Shown: piece after piece, positions 24,795 through 37,275 of the stretch | How the letters are laid out: every line of letters begins with the position of its first letter | Position numbering within the stretch: the stretch's first letter is position 1 | Source: Toensbergia leucococca | Taxonomy: Eukaryota | Direction: 5' to 3' | Assembly: GCA_022813965.1 (NCBI GenBank) | Contig: JALDZS010000140.1 | Span: forward strand, 1-63,809 | Length of the DNA stretch: 63,809 nucleotides | Notes under the pieces: generated by a model | What the model was told of the DNA's origin: nothing | The model's input: only the letters and a program-made list of their open reading frames with translations | Databases searched by the model: none | Program-made: the position numbers and the translations under genes

Positions 24795-26470
24795 GAGTCA
24801 TTTCGCGTGTGCAAAATCCTAGAGACAATTAAAAATTAGATTTTCGCGATTTTTTTTTTCTTCCCTCCATAGAACTCGTATAGTATAATCGACAACTACC
24901 AATTATCATCACCACATTATCATCATACCACTAGTATATCATCATATCATTAGCAATACATCCCAATTAGGTATATCTGAGGCCATACAAGGAGGTGGAG
25001 GAGGTGGAATGGTATAAGGGGTGGAGGTTTCGGACCAGTATCTAACCTAGGGAACTCATATGATTATCTCCTTGATTTCTAGTAGTAAAAGCCCGAGATA
25101 GTAGTCAATTGCGCCCGATATCCCTACTGATACCCCCATTGTTTTTACCGGGAACGTGTAATTCGGATCCTCCACCTCCTCCACCTCTATCATTTTGAAT
25201 CCTCCACCTCCTACTGTTCTGAATCCTTCACTCATCAACCTCCCAGGACCACTCCTCAAGCTCTCATTGCAGGGCTTCAAAATCGCCCTCAAAGATATAC
25301 CCTCCACCAGCATGCCTAAAGTGTTCCCTCCCTCAATGATCGCACCTACTTTGTGCGATGACATACTGCAGGAACGCCCCAAAGTCATCTCTACCGTCAG
25401 CTTGAAAGGTGAGTCATATTCACCAAAAATAACGTCGCATCCAGGATTTGAGTACACTGAATGTCAGTTCAATTGAGCTATAGTCTGATGAATAAGGAGG
25501 GAGAAACTTGATGATAAGACCGGCTTCTTGAATCACCTGTTTCACACGTGGGTCAAGGTGATGACTTCCGTTATCTAGGCAGATGATGGATCATGGTTCA
25601 GGGTATGGGTTGCAATGAGGCAATAGTTCATGTGTGATTCAGGTGAGAAAAGCCTCCTGATTGTAGTACCCTTCCCTAATGCCTGTACATGAAAGATAAT
25701 CATCGATAGTATAGGCCGGAAGGATACTTCAGGTTTTTCCTCTTGTCATATCATCGCTTCACCTTGCTGACTGATCAATAGAAGCATAGGTCATGCATCA
25801 TCAGTCAGTCTGTTCCTTAAAGATAGACTCATTCAGAAACACTAGCTGTTGTGCAGTCACATCAAGCATGAAGGTCTGCCAGAAGGTATGAAGTATCAGG
25901 CTTTGATTTTGTTCAATTCTTTGTCCCTTCTTATGACTGATTCTACTATCTTTCAACAGACGGCCGATAGTACTTTGACTAACGCTTATCCTTCACTCTT
26001 CTTCTAGAAATATCATCAGTTCATCTTGATAAAGCCACGGGTATCAACTCTGATACTCTAGAAGGGCCTCCTTTGCAGCAGTGATGACTCAATGAGGACG
26101 GTCAGCGGCCTGAGCATGAGGAAAATAAGTTGTCCTTCACATCTGAAGACATTGACCCCATTTATATATGGTAGCCCGGCTACAGTGAAGTTCAGTGATG
26201 ACTGCATTAGATCTTCAGTTGAAATATAGAAGATGCTCAGTTTTGGCCCTGGCGGTAACACCTAGGGGTAGAGGCATGTGGGTAGATATAGGTATGGCTT
26301 CTAATTGAGGTAAATACTGATGATATGATGACATACTAGTGATAGGATGATAATGTGGTGATGATAGTTGATAGTTGTCGATTATACCATACGAATTCTA
26401 GAAGTCTATAAAGGGAAAAAAATTGCGAAAACCTGATTCGTCTCAAGGATTTTGCATACGCTAAATACTG
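24795..26470 (-). mobile_element. Tc1/mariner (IS630-Tc1-mariner, DD34E) DNA transposon with ~190 bp TIRs, inactivated
   Basis: 24795-~24985 is an inverted repeat of ~26290-26470. The right end is ...ATACTG|TA. A transposase relic lies inside. Confidence 0.92.
25228..26277 (-). pseudogene. Tc1-like transposase, 350 codons, no frameshift, about 15 internal TGA stops
   Basis: PWLYQDEL, QLVFL(N)ESIF, SILPAYTID, LLPHCNPYP, IICLDNGSHH...FLPPYS(S)DY(SS)IE, with 34 residues between D and E. Confidence 0.92.
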
Positions 26471-26687
26471 TATACTGTATACTTGGTATTCTCCTGTCAT
26501 GCTCGGTATTCTAAAGTATACTCAGCCCTATCGCAACGTCACATCAGTGCCAGGCGCGGGGGTGCGGCTCACTAAACGTTGAATCTCTCTTCTTCTCTTC
26601 TTCCCTACTTGTTGGCGACATGTCAATGCTATCAATTGGGCACATCAAGTTTGGGATATTCTGCATCCCGCCAGATTGGTAGCAACA

Positions 26688-28530
26688 ATGTCTTCTTTGG
26701 CAAGGATCCTCAATCGATCAGCCACCAAAACCCTACGCCAACAGCCCATTGCTTGTTCCGCTCTACGAAGAACCAATACCCACTCCCCAATCTACACCTC
26801 AACATCCACCATCCCCTATAGGAGGATATCTGCAATGGCTTCCTTTTCCACAATGCCAGCCATCAACTACTCCGCCCCTCCTCCGGCCGGTCCAAGACAG
26901 TATGATCCCGAGATCAAGGATATGGCCAGATACATCCACAATTACAAGATCGATTCCGACCTTGCTGTACGTCAATTGAGTACCTATGACCTAACAAATA
27001 CTGAATAATTCTTGCTGTATAGTTCGATACTGCCCGATATGTCTTTCTTGATACCTTGGGCTGCGGTCTCGAGGCTCTACGGTTCAAGGAATGTGCCAAG
27101 CTCCTCGGGCCTATTGTCGAAGGTACAGTAGTCCCCCACGGAACACGTGTACCTGGAACGCCCTACATCCTCGACCCTGTCAACGGTGCTTTCAACATTG
27201 GAGCCATGATTCGATGGCTTGACTACAATGATTGCTGGCTAGCTGCCGAATGGGGCCATCCTTCAGACAACTTGGGTGGCATCCTTGCCGTGGCTGATTG
27301 GATGTCGAGAACAAATCGTGCGGGTGGTAAAGTTGGAAATGGCAACATTTTTACCGTCAAAGATGTTCTCGAAGGCATGATCAAGGCACATGAGATACAA
27401 GGATGTCTAGCTTTGGAGAATTCATACAACAAAGTTGGGTTGGACCATGTTGTTCTGGTCAAGGTTGCAACTGCAGCTGTAGTATCTAAGATGATGGGAT
27501 TGTCGGAAAGGCAGACGGCCGACGCAATATCGCAGGCTTGGGTAGATGGGCAAAGTATGAGAACATATAGACACTCCCCGAATACCATGTCCCGAAAATC
27601 GTGGGCTGCAGGAGACGCGTGCCAAAGAGCAGTGAACCTTGTCATGAAAGTGCAGAAGGGAGAGCAAGGCGTTCCAACAGTCCTCTCGGCGCCAGTATGG
27701 GGATTTTACGATGTGCTTTTCAAGGGCAAGAAATTTGAGTTCCAAAGACCATATGGTAGCTACGTGATGGAGAATGTGCTGTTCAAAGTCTCCTATCCTG
27801 GTCTGTGAAATGCGAGAGTATATACGTGGACCGCGGCTAATAGTGTCCCCCAGCTGAATTCCATTCGCAAACTGCCATAGAAGCTGCGAAGAAGATTCAC
27901 GCTCAACTCAAAGAACAAGGCAAATCCGCCGAAGACATTAAAGAAATCACCATCCGTACCCACGAAGCCTGTGTGCGCATCATCGACAAACAATTCAAGC
28001 CAATGGATAACTTTGCAGATCGAGACCACTGTATCCAGGTACACCTCTTCCCCTCCCAAATGAACCAGTTCCTCTTTTAACAAACCCTCGATTCAAAGTA
28101 CATGGTCGCCACAATGCTTGTCCACAACCGCCTCGAAGCAACCGACTACACCGACGGCTCCGAAGCCGCCACCTCCCCCCTCATCGAATCCCTCCGCAAA
28201 CGCATTGCCTGCATCGAAGACCCGGACTTCACCAAAGCCTACCATGATCCCTCCACCCGCTCCATCCCCAACGCTCTAACAGTCACTCTGCACGACGGTA
28301 GTGTGTTGGAGGAATGTGTCGTTGAGGCTCCGTTGGGTCATCGGCTCAGGAGAGAGGAGGCTAAGCCGGAGATTCTGGCCAAGTTTGAAAGGCATTTGGG
28401 ACCGCATTTCCCAGAGGCGAGGGTGAGAGAGTTGGTCGAATTGGGGACGCCGAAGGAGAGAGTCAGGTTGGAGGACATGGCTGTTGATCAATATGTGGAT
28501 TTGTATGTTAAGAAGACGATGGATTGGTGA
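26688..28530 (+). CDS. prpD: 2-methylcitrate dehydratase (PrpD/Pdh1), mitochondrial, multi-exon
   Basis: [79 protein letters not shown]; Arg/Ser/Thr-rich presequence. Confidence 0.95.
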
Positions 28531-28639
28531 TACAGGGTTTGGACTGGATGATGGTAACGTCTGTTTGGTCTAGGTTTCTCTACGAATTGGTAAGAGTACC
28601 AGTTTACCGCATTTTGTTGAAATTAAAGTCCCTATTCTC

Positions 28640-29390
28640 CAGCTGGGCTCTCTCTCTCTCTCTCTCTCCCAAACCATCCAATCCACAGCCGCAATATATG
28701 CGCTGCCTGCATTTCAAGCGCTGCCTCCACATCCACCGAAACTTGAATTGAAATCGGATCTGGGTTTTGTTTTGCCTCGCCCTGGTGTTATTTTTGGCCG
28801 CTTTGCATCTTTTGGTTTATTTTTTTCTTGATGATAGATAGTCTTTTCATCACAAGAGCTTTCAACCCGTTTTCTTTTCTCGCTCTTGGATATTGATCAT
28901 TTTTTTTCTTTTTCTTTTTCTTTTTTCAATTTCTTGGGAAGTTTCTTGAATACCTCTTCTTGACAAAGACCGAAATCGTTTCAAGGGCTAGATATACTCA
29001 CGTGATTGACAACAGTGACTCAACGTGCTATTTTAATCCTTGATGATTTTTAACTAAAATAGGGCATGCATTGAGCTTGTTTGTTGACTAGATTGAGGGG
29101 TTTTAGAGGTAGAAAGAATCAGAGGTTTTTTATCTTATATACTTAGGTACCTGTAGATTGATTTATTTGTGCTTTGTGAGAAAAGGAGGATTGAGCTGAG
29201 GTTTTGTTTTAGGAATGATCGAGCTGGGGTTTTTGTTTTAGGGAGGGAATTTTGTTTTGAACATTTGCTTTTTTGCTTTGTCTTTGGGGTATGGTAGGGA
29301 GGTCTGGGTGTGAGAGTGAGGGATGGGGGGGATGGAATTGGTTGCCTGTTTGATATAGGTAGATTAGAAAGTCAAGGTGTGGAGAAGGGG
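28640..29390. other. Low-complexity AT-rich intergenic island between convergent genes, starting with a (CT)n microsatellite
   Basis: (CT)~10 at ~28648-28668, poly-T runs, G-rich right flank; no credible ORF. Confidence 0.55.
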
Positions 29391-29512
29391 GTGATGCAGT
29401 GGATGGAATTGGTTGCCTGTTTCATGTGAAAGTCAAAGAAACTCCAGCTCAATTGTCTATCCAGTCCCCAGAAATCAAAGAAGAGAACGACGCATATCCC
29501 CCCCCAACCAAT

Positions 29513-30976
29513 TCAGTTATCTTCCATCTCCGTCTCCGCCTCCTCCGCCACAAACCTCTCCCTCCTCTCCCTCTGAATCTCCCTCACTATCCCAATATCC
29601 TCAACACTCCCATACAAACACCTCTCGCTCCCACACCGACAAAGCAACCCCTCCCGGAAATAGTCCGCGCCATAATTAATCGTCACCTCCGCCCCAAACT
29701 CGACATCCTTCTCTGCCACCACCACCCAGCGCTCCAACGGCCCCACGACCTTGACGTCGAAGCAGGTGTTTGCCTCGCACGAGTGGTTGATGTAGCGGGT
29801 CCAGTTGCCCCAGCGCGCGGCGGTGACGATGGTGATTTCGTCCGTGTTGTGATCGTGGGGCGGCTCGTCGACGACGAGGCTGTATATGTCTTCATTGCGG
29901 CAGGTGGCTGGGTGGATGATCTCGCCCAGATATTCGGCGAGGACGTCGCCCTTTTGAATCTTTTGAAGGCTGCGGATCCCGACGCCTTTGTTGGGGTAGC
30001 GCTTCAGTTCCACGAGGGGATGTGTTAGCAGAGCGGACGGATCGCACTCACAGGCGGTCTTGGAGAAGCAGACGGCGCATGGGTGGGACGCGGGAGCCCG
30101 TAGCATCGGATGAGAAGGGTAGGGACGCTTTGAGTCCCAGGCGCGGGGTCGGCTCTTGCAGGCAAATGTGTCAAGTCTGCACATGGATGTTTGAGTTTCC
30201 ATTTGAGACTCACCTCTATAAATTGGTTGTGTAAGGACTTGACCTTCTGATGGAATGACCACGGAATGTGGGTGGCCTGGAGTAAGTGAAAAGGTTTCTC
30301 GAATCCTTGAGGTGCTCAGACTATAGGGAGCAAGAGCGGACTGCCAATCTAGGCCCCGGATCTTCGCAAAGGTCTCTAGACTCTCGCTGAAATTTTCAAG
30401 AACAACGGTAATTTTCGACCAAGAAGCTTCGTCTGCTCTCATGCAAGTATGGCGAAATGAGGTTGAATGCGCGAGGATACTGAGCAACATCCAGCCGTGG
30501 TCCGATGCGAAAGAACCATAGCGTCGTATCAGACGTTCATGTATCTTCGCAACCATCTGAGCCTTTCCGTGGTCATCTGGGATGTCTCGGACGCTGTTAT
30601 GTGCTGTCAGATCGTTAGCAAAGAGACTCGAGGAATCGGTATTAACAAATACCTGTGCGTATTTGATGACACGAAAGACCTTCTTTCTATTAATGGCCAA
30701 GTCCGACTGGATCCCAGATCTGAGAGGCTCGTCAAGGATTCCACTATCAATACTTATATCAGCTGTGGAATTCGTTGAGCCTGGGCTCGAGGTATCGTGG
30801 ATATCCTTGTAAATTCGTGCCATTACCTCTTTTATGGTAGTCTCTGGGATCGTGTCAGTACCTTCTCGGGGCTGTCGAATTAAGTTTAATGCCACATCTA
30901 GAGAGTCGTTGGGAGTGCGGTGATGGTTCTCATTTGTATGCAAGACATTTGACGGCGTTAGAGTAAACGGAGACAT
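29513..30976 (-). CDS. C-terminal SET-domain protein (lysine methyltransferase fold) with Cys-rich pre- and post-SET
   Basis: KGVGIRSLQKIQKGDVLAEYLGEI, GNWTRYINHSCEAN, EVTINYG, CRCGSERC. Confidence 0.88.
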   Translation of the reverse strand: MSPFTLTPSNVLHTNENHHRTPNDSLDVALNLIRQPREGTDTIPETTIKEVMARIYKDIHDTSSPGSTNSTADISIDSGILDEPLRSGIQSDLAINRKKVFRVIKYAQVFVNTDSSSLFANDLTAHNSVRDIPDDHGKAQMVAKIHERLIRRYGSFASDHGWMLLSILAHSTSFRHTCMRADEASWSKITVVLENFSESLETFAKIRGLDWQSALAPYSLSTSRIRETFSLTPGHPHSVVIPSEGQVLTQPIYRGESQMETQTSMCRLDTFACKSRPRAWDSKRPYPSHPMLRAPASHPCAVCFSKTACECDPSALLTHPLVELKRYPNKGVGIRSLQKIQKGDVLAEYLGEIIHPATCRNEDIYSLVVDEPPHDHNTDEITIVTAARWGNWTRYINHSCEANTCFDVKVVGPLERWVVVAEKDVEFGAEVTINYGADYFREGLLCRCGSERCLYGSVEDIGIVREIQRERRERFVAEEAETEMEDN

Positions 30977-31886
30977 AGTCTGAGGTGGTAGACTAGAGAG
31001 ATCGGAGAATCAGTCAATAAGTAGCCTTTCTGGATCTGTCGTTCCGAGAGCGACGAAGAAGAAGATTCACGAGATGAGGAATGAATTGAGGGAAAGAAGA
31101 TGCAATATATACATGGTCGACAACGAGATGTTTCGGCTGAACAAAGAAATTGTTCGGAAAGAAAGCATGTTGCGAGGACATGAACATAGAGAACAAAGCC
31201 GAATTTTCCATGCGCAATTGAACAACGCCATTGTCGCGTTTGCGTGGCTGAGAAATCAATACTCCTATGATTGAATAATTGTTTTGTAGGTAATGGTGCC
31301 AATGAAAAAGAGACAGATAAAAAGCGGCAGCATTTAGATGAAACGAATAACGAGGTGGAGATTTTCCTGACATGTTGAAGCACGAATTTGCGAAAAGAAA
31401 TGTTCGCAGCGTGTATGGCGATACGGCTTTGTCGAGCTCGAAGCATAAATATAAGACCTGTTACAATTGCGAAAAGACAAGATGCTTCAATAGAGAGCCT
31501 GGATCAGTAGCAGCGTAATACATCAAGGGAAAGATGTCTGAAGATTGACAGATTGTGATGTAACAGTACTGGGATTTGCTCACCTCTGATAGTAGTCTGC
31601 CTATCGAACGCGTTGTTACCCTTTTTATTGAGCCCATGTTGGTGGAAAGGAAATTCAGTCAGGATTTGCACTGACTAAGATCAGGAGTCTCATAACCTTT
31701 AATCTATATGGGATCTGGATACTTATTCCATACCGCTACCTCAAAATCTCGAACCAAAGCAATGTAGAGACGCAAGAACATGCAGATGATTCATACCTAC
31801 GCACAAAAATATCTTTGCTTCATAGTCAGAAGACTTGGACTCTGAGAAAGCAGAGAAACCGAAGATTACTCCGAGGGCCTCATTGA

Positions 31887-33938
31887 TTACTTCAACCAAT
31901 AAGGCTTCAAGATCTGTGAGTGTTCGGTGAATGCGTCAATATGGGGATCTGAACCTTCGGCAATGAGAGAGAGAAAAGGTACCGTAGCACCCATAAAATC
32001 CTTGGAATAATCGATATAATAAACTCTGAGGCGGAGTAATACATCTAAATCATCGAAACTGACATGTCTGCTTCCGAACAAGACATCCCGATAGGTAAGC
32101 GCACCAAGAGCGATGACTTTCAGTGGCGAATTGTCGGGCTGACTATATCGGATCAAATCTTGCACAAAATGCAACGCCCGTGCGCCAGCTATCTCATCGA
32201 CTCGCAGCGGAGCAGAAGCAGTGTTGTTTGATTTATAACAAGGCAGGTTACGAATGTTGAGTGTCTTCAAATGCCCAAGCCTTTTCATGCAACTCATGAT
32301 CTGCAGGAAGTTAATTAGCCTCACGTCGATATCGGAAGAGGTCATCGTATCTCCTTACAGGGCTATGATATCCTTCTTTTATGATAGAAGTCCAATCCAA
32401 AGTCCAGCCGAGCTCTACCAGATTAGGGCACCTTTGACTAACGATGGCTAGGATACGAGGGCTGTTATCCGATTCACTGGCATAAAGGCTATTATACGAT
32501 TCACCGGCATGAAGATAGCCATCGAAAGCCAATGAACACCGCCGAAGTCTCCTTGTATCCCAAATGAGCGCTCGCAGTGTTTGTCCATGAGCATTCAGTA
32601 TGTTAGTCATTGTCTCCGTTGGAGGGTAGTCCATCGGCCCTTCTAGAAGCACGAAGAGGTGTTCAAGTCCGGTGAAAGAACATAAGAAGACGACTAAGTG
32701 GGCTCCCAATAGCGTAGTCGAGTATTCGTGTCTTATGTGGAATATTTTCAGGTTTGGTACCCATTCAGGACTTTGCAAGCTAGTATTCCGCGTTGTCAGG
32801 ACAGAGAGGGCTTCTTCGAGACCATCGCAAGACTCTAAGCTCAGGGACGAAAGAACAGCAAAATCAATGACTGGGAATGGTATGCCCTTGATTAGGCAAT
32901 TGGGACTCACCCCGATGAGCGTCAGATTTCTTAGACTCTGCATTGGAAATGGCACTGTTTCAGCTTCTGAACGCCGGAAAGCAGATTCCTTAAAACATAG
33001 AGATCGGCGGATTCCTTCACGAGGTGAGTCGAATGGATTGTTCATGGCAACCTCAGTCTCATAGCCAAGTCTCAAATGTCGTAGACAAGGAGCATTGTTT
33101 GCCGCCAGCAGTAAAGGCCAGCAGTCCTGTGGATAGCTTTCGTCATCTAAGCACCCAGCATCTATTTGCACAATATTTTTGTACAAGGCGTGTTCATAAG
33201 TTTCTTCTCGCTCGTTGAAACGTAGGATTTTAAGAGCACCTTCTTGATTTGCGAACAGAACTTCAAGTGTTTTCATTTCTATTGAGCATCTGTGCTTCCA
33301 ACTATGGTTGTATCAGTTGGATCCCAAGGAATTGTCCTGTAGTTCTCTCTGCTAGGTGTTCCATACCTGAAGTGCTGAAGCCGATATTTGGGAAGTCTCA
33401 TGAGAATTAGTCGTACAAGGATGTTTAGAGCCTTCGAGGGCTGGCGTTTCGGACGATACATGAGCGCTGTATTATCTTCACTCTCACTTGACGAGCTTTC
33501 ACGCATGTAAGGGAGCAACTTGTCTTCGTTATTCCAATGACCTTTGATCTGCCATAAAGATTTTTGGTATGCACAAATTTTCAAAGTCGTGGTGAAGTTC
33601 AAAAAGTCTCCAGAAGAGCTGATCAGTTTTTCTATGCTACGCAGACCTTTTGATTTCTGTCCGACATAGAAGACAAGCGTTTCATACAGCTGAGGCGATA
33701 TTGTCCATCGGAGAATTTTGCAAGTACGGCAAAGGCTGTTGAGGTCGGTACGGCGACGAATCTAGGGTACATGTCAACGGAGATCAATCAATACAATGGC
33801 AGCGCACGATAGAAGGCTTCCATGCCGTACCTTCTTGGCGATGATGGCTTGTACTTCAGGCGGAAGAGCGACTAAAGCCGAGATTTGGGAATGGCTGCTA
33901 GTTCCTTGCTCAATCCGAGATAGCGAGTTCGATAGCAT
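31887..33938 (-). CDS. F-box / leucine-rich repeat protein, multi-exon
   Basis: LVALPPEVQAIIAKK|IRRRTDLNSLCRTCK F-box, followed by LxxLxL repeats (LRHLRLG, LRNLTLIG, LSSLSLESC, LEHLFVLL, LKTLNIRNLP). Confidence 0.78.
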
Positions 33939-34403
33939 GGCGGCTGTGTACCGTTGAGGAATACTAGAGATTCAATGCTGTGTTTTGTACAGGCTGAGTG
34001 TATGTGTCACTATTAATGACACGAAAGGATGATTGGAGGAGAGATTTAAATGTTTACGGCGACGACTCCATCGAAGTGGGGCGCGTCGCACTATAACAGT
34101 CCCTGTCCCCTTTTCCGGCAGATCCCTAAATTTAATGCTAAAATGCTATCTTGAATCAAGAGTCTCCATTCACTGCTATAAGATATTCTCTTTAAAGAGC
34201 AGATTATGATAATATTTTAAGATTCCTGTAATGACGTGAAATCTATACACGTATTTCACAAGTACAATATTATATTAATGGGCGGGCAACGACGTCACTC
34301 ACACACGGTTAACTGCTCGTTTACCCGCCAAAGAGCCCACCCTTAGAATACCCCCACCTTCACCCCCAGCTTTCCCAAGCCCACAAAACCGCAAAAAGCA
34401 ATC

Positions 34404-34499
34404 CGCCCGAGGAGGGGCTCGAACCCTCAACCTTGAGATATCGACGACGTTAGAAAATCGTTAAAAGTCTCACGCGCTAGCCAATTGTGCCACCCGGGC
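34404..34499 (-). tRNA. tRNA-Lys (anticodon UUU) with a ~22-nt intron
   Basis: GCCCGGG acceptor stem, D arm, TGAGA-CT-TTT-A[intron]A-TCTCA, GAGGG-TTCGAGC-CCCTC T arm; T-run terminator downstream. Confidence 0.95.
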
Positions 34500-36540
34500 T
34501 TGGTGTTATTAGTTCACACTATTTACTATATTAAAACAATTCAAACTTGTGGGTGGGCCAAGTCGGCAACTTCTCGCGATGGTATTCGATGGATGGATCT
34601 GTTGCTATGCCAGGGTTAGGGCTTCTTGCCGTGAATTATGCACAGATTCGGCGCTGATGGGATTAGTGATGTGAGAAAAGTTAGGGGAGGCATATTGCTA
34701 TTGTCATTTACTGTATATTGATTTCTATATACTATATAAGAAAGGTAGCTGAAGTAGTCTGATCGGATAGGGTGTCAACCATCTTCGAAAAGAGGAGAAG
34801 TCAGGTTCAAGCGTGTATTGTAAAATCATGTTTGACCTCTCGCTCTTTCAAAGAATCCTTGTTTGAGTACCGCACAGCATTAAATTGCCTTGCATGAAAT
34901 GCGCTACATAGCAGGGTTCCTCGCTCCCCGGGCGAAGATCAGATGGAAAGAAAATACACATCATGCGAAGCCAACTCCCCGTCGCGAAAATAGCAATTCT
35001 GATATAACAATAAAAGGGTTGGGGATAAACGACTTTGGTGAGTATGACGAAGTAAAGGGAAGAACGAATGGTAGACAAAGGTGTAGCTGGGTCCGTAAGT
35101 AGTCGACCCAATCAACAGATGAAAAATTCTGATTATCTTCAGACCTTCGGACTGTTCCGATGCCAAACTTGATCGCATTTTTTTTCTCCTCAAGTTGATA
35201 GGATTTCTCAACTTCTCAAGGAGCTGAGAGGTTGGGTCTCGTGTAAAGAGCAGCTCTTGTCTTGACGATGGTACCCTGAAGTCTCTGCTTAGCTTGCAAG
35301 ATGACTCGGATAGCTTTGGCAAAGGCAGTGATGGTAGAGCCTATTTCCCACTGTCTGGGCAGTACATGAAGTGTGAAGGACTGATGGGCATATCTCGATC
35401 CCGAAGTACCTGGTGGACGTGATCCGCAACGGCGAACATTACGTTCTCGCCATCAAAGGAGAGCTCTAGAGCGATGCCAAAGACGAAGTACCGGCTTCTT
35501 GACTTTGGACGATTAAATCAGATGGAAAGAGCTGCTGGTCATTAAAATGGGCATGGTGAGCGGGAGGTCTAGTGCCACGATGATTTCGGAAAAAGTACTG
35601 CTGGCTCGATGCCTACGAATTGGAAATTCTACCTTGTTGAGTAGAACTCCTGCTAGGTGATTTGTTTTGTTAAAAGAGTCCGCAGCAAGTGTGATAGAGG
35701 CTAAACCCCATTGGGCTTTTTTCTCCATGTCAAGTTCGCTACTCCATCACTAAGGTAGGAAAAGCCAACCTTGGAAATGCTACCTTATGTAATACAGTGA
35801 GCAAGGACAGACTTTAATAATTGATAATATTTCAAGACCGAATTAGAGATTTATGTTACAGATACGTAGGATGATGAAGACGTCATTTAGGTATGCTTAC
35901 TAATACCTTACTCTAGTGTCAAAGCTGGCTTCGCTTACCGATTCTACGGTAGATTGTGGCCGAAGCACCGAATGTTCGAGCTTGGCTCGCTCGCTCCTTG
36001 GCAAATGATGACTCCGTCGCGAGGGACTTGGTCCTCCACTTTCGACTTCGCCTCACCGTATCGTAACCATCACAGCCTAAAATAGAATTCCTCCTCTGGC
36101 TCTGGTACAGATCGTATTGAAACACACTTCGTCGCCATCGAAATCGAAATGGGTCGAATAGGTGACGCCGACGTCCACGCTGCCTATGTCGAGTTTCGCG
36201 CAAAGGAGTCGGACAAGGTCAGTCACGATTCAATCCTCGAGCCCATCACCCAAGACATCTTCTCCACCTCTCCCACATCCCACTACTCTCACCCATCACC
36301 ATCGTCCTCATCCTTTGTTCATCAGTCGTCCAACTCTCACAACCAGCCATTCCACACTCCTACCATCACCCTCTTCGCTCATTCACCCTCTCGCCTCTCC
36401 CTCCTCAATCGCCACTTACTCACTCGCGCTCTCTCCACTAGTGTCTCTCGGCGCAATGCATCTACTGTCAATCCGTTCGCGCAAAGAACACGAGTCGCCA
36501 GCGCTCCCATCTCCTCGAATGTCCCAACTATCTCAACGCC

Positions 36541-37275
36541 ATGAAGGAACACAATCCCGACAACCCTATCCTTCATGAAGCCGTCAACGGCACTCCGGTC
36601 CCTACACCTGGCAAGACTCCGAAGAAGAGAGATCTCGATACCATGGTTAATGGCTTCCAAGGCGACTCCGGCGGAGCTCGTCCTTACCCTATCCCCAAAC
36701 CTGCCCTCGAGCGCGACTTCCAAATGAACGTCCAGCTCAATCCCAAAATCTCCGTGGGCCCAGGTATCTGGGGCCAACGCAATTGGATTAGCTTCATTAG
36801 TGGGCACTGGAATGGTCGCTGGGGCAAGGGGACTGTCGTGGTATGTTACTCAAGGTCTTTTTGGTTCTTGCGCATCGCTAAGCATCACACAGCCCGGGGG
36901 ACAAGACAGTCAGCTCGTCGCACCCGATCTCTCGACTCACCTCGAGGCCACATATCTCCTCCAAACCACCGACCACCCTCCTGCCTTTATTGCCGTCAAG
37001 ACTGATGGCTGGAGAGTGGGGCCCCGAGATGTCTTGGAGAAGCTCGACGATCCAAGTCAAGTTGACGAGGTGGACCCAAAGTCTTATTCCTTTAGACTAT
37101 ACATCCACATGGAGACTGGAGATGCGAGGTATTTACATTTAAATACTGGCATGTGGGTTGGGAGTGGTGTGCGCAAAGGCACCGAAGGTATGCATAATCA
37201 CTGGCATTCACCCCTTCTGGTGCGATGCTAATAGTACTACATTTAGTCATCTATGACGCCTATCGTGTTCTTTGA
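36541..37275 (+). CDS. DUF3237 (UPF0311) beta-barrel protein, 3 exons
   Basis: GQRNWISFISG..GRWGKGTVV|PGGQDSQ, YLLQTTD, YSFRLYIHMETGDARY, VIYDAYRVL*. Confidence 0.8.

Noticed and set aside
26470..26688. Expected divergent methylcitrate synthase partner of prpD (as in yeast CIT3-PDH1)
   Set aside because: No citrate-synthase-like sequence lies in the window, and this linkage is not universal, so its absence is not informative.
29399..30028. Long antisense or alternative-frame ORFs (e.g. 29399-30028, 5696-6112, 3658-4149, 36149-36578)
   Set aside because: By-products of GC-rich, skewed sequence, mostly opposite or overlapping real genes; low-complexity translations.
34939..35728. Coding-like relic on the minus strand
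   Set aside because: Multiple stops and no recognisable motif, so no product call can be supported.
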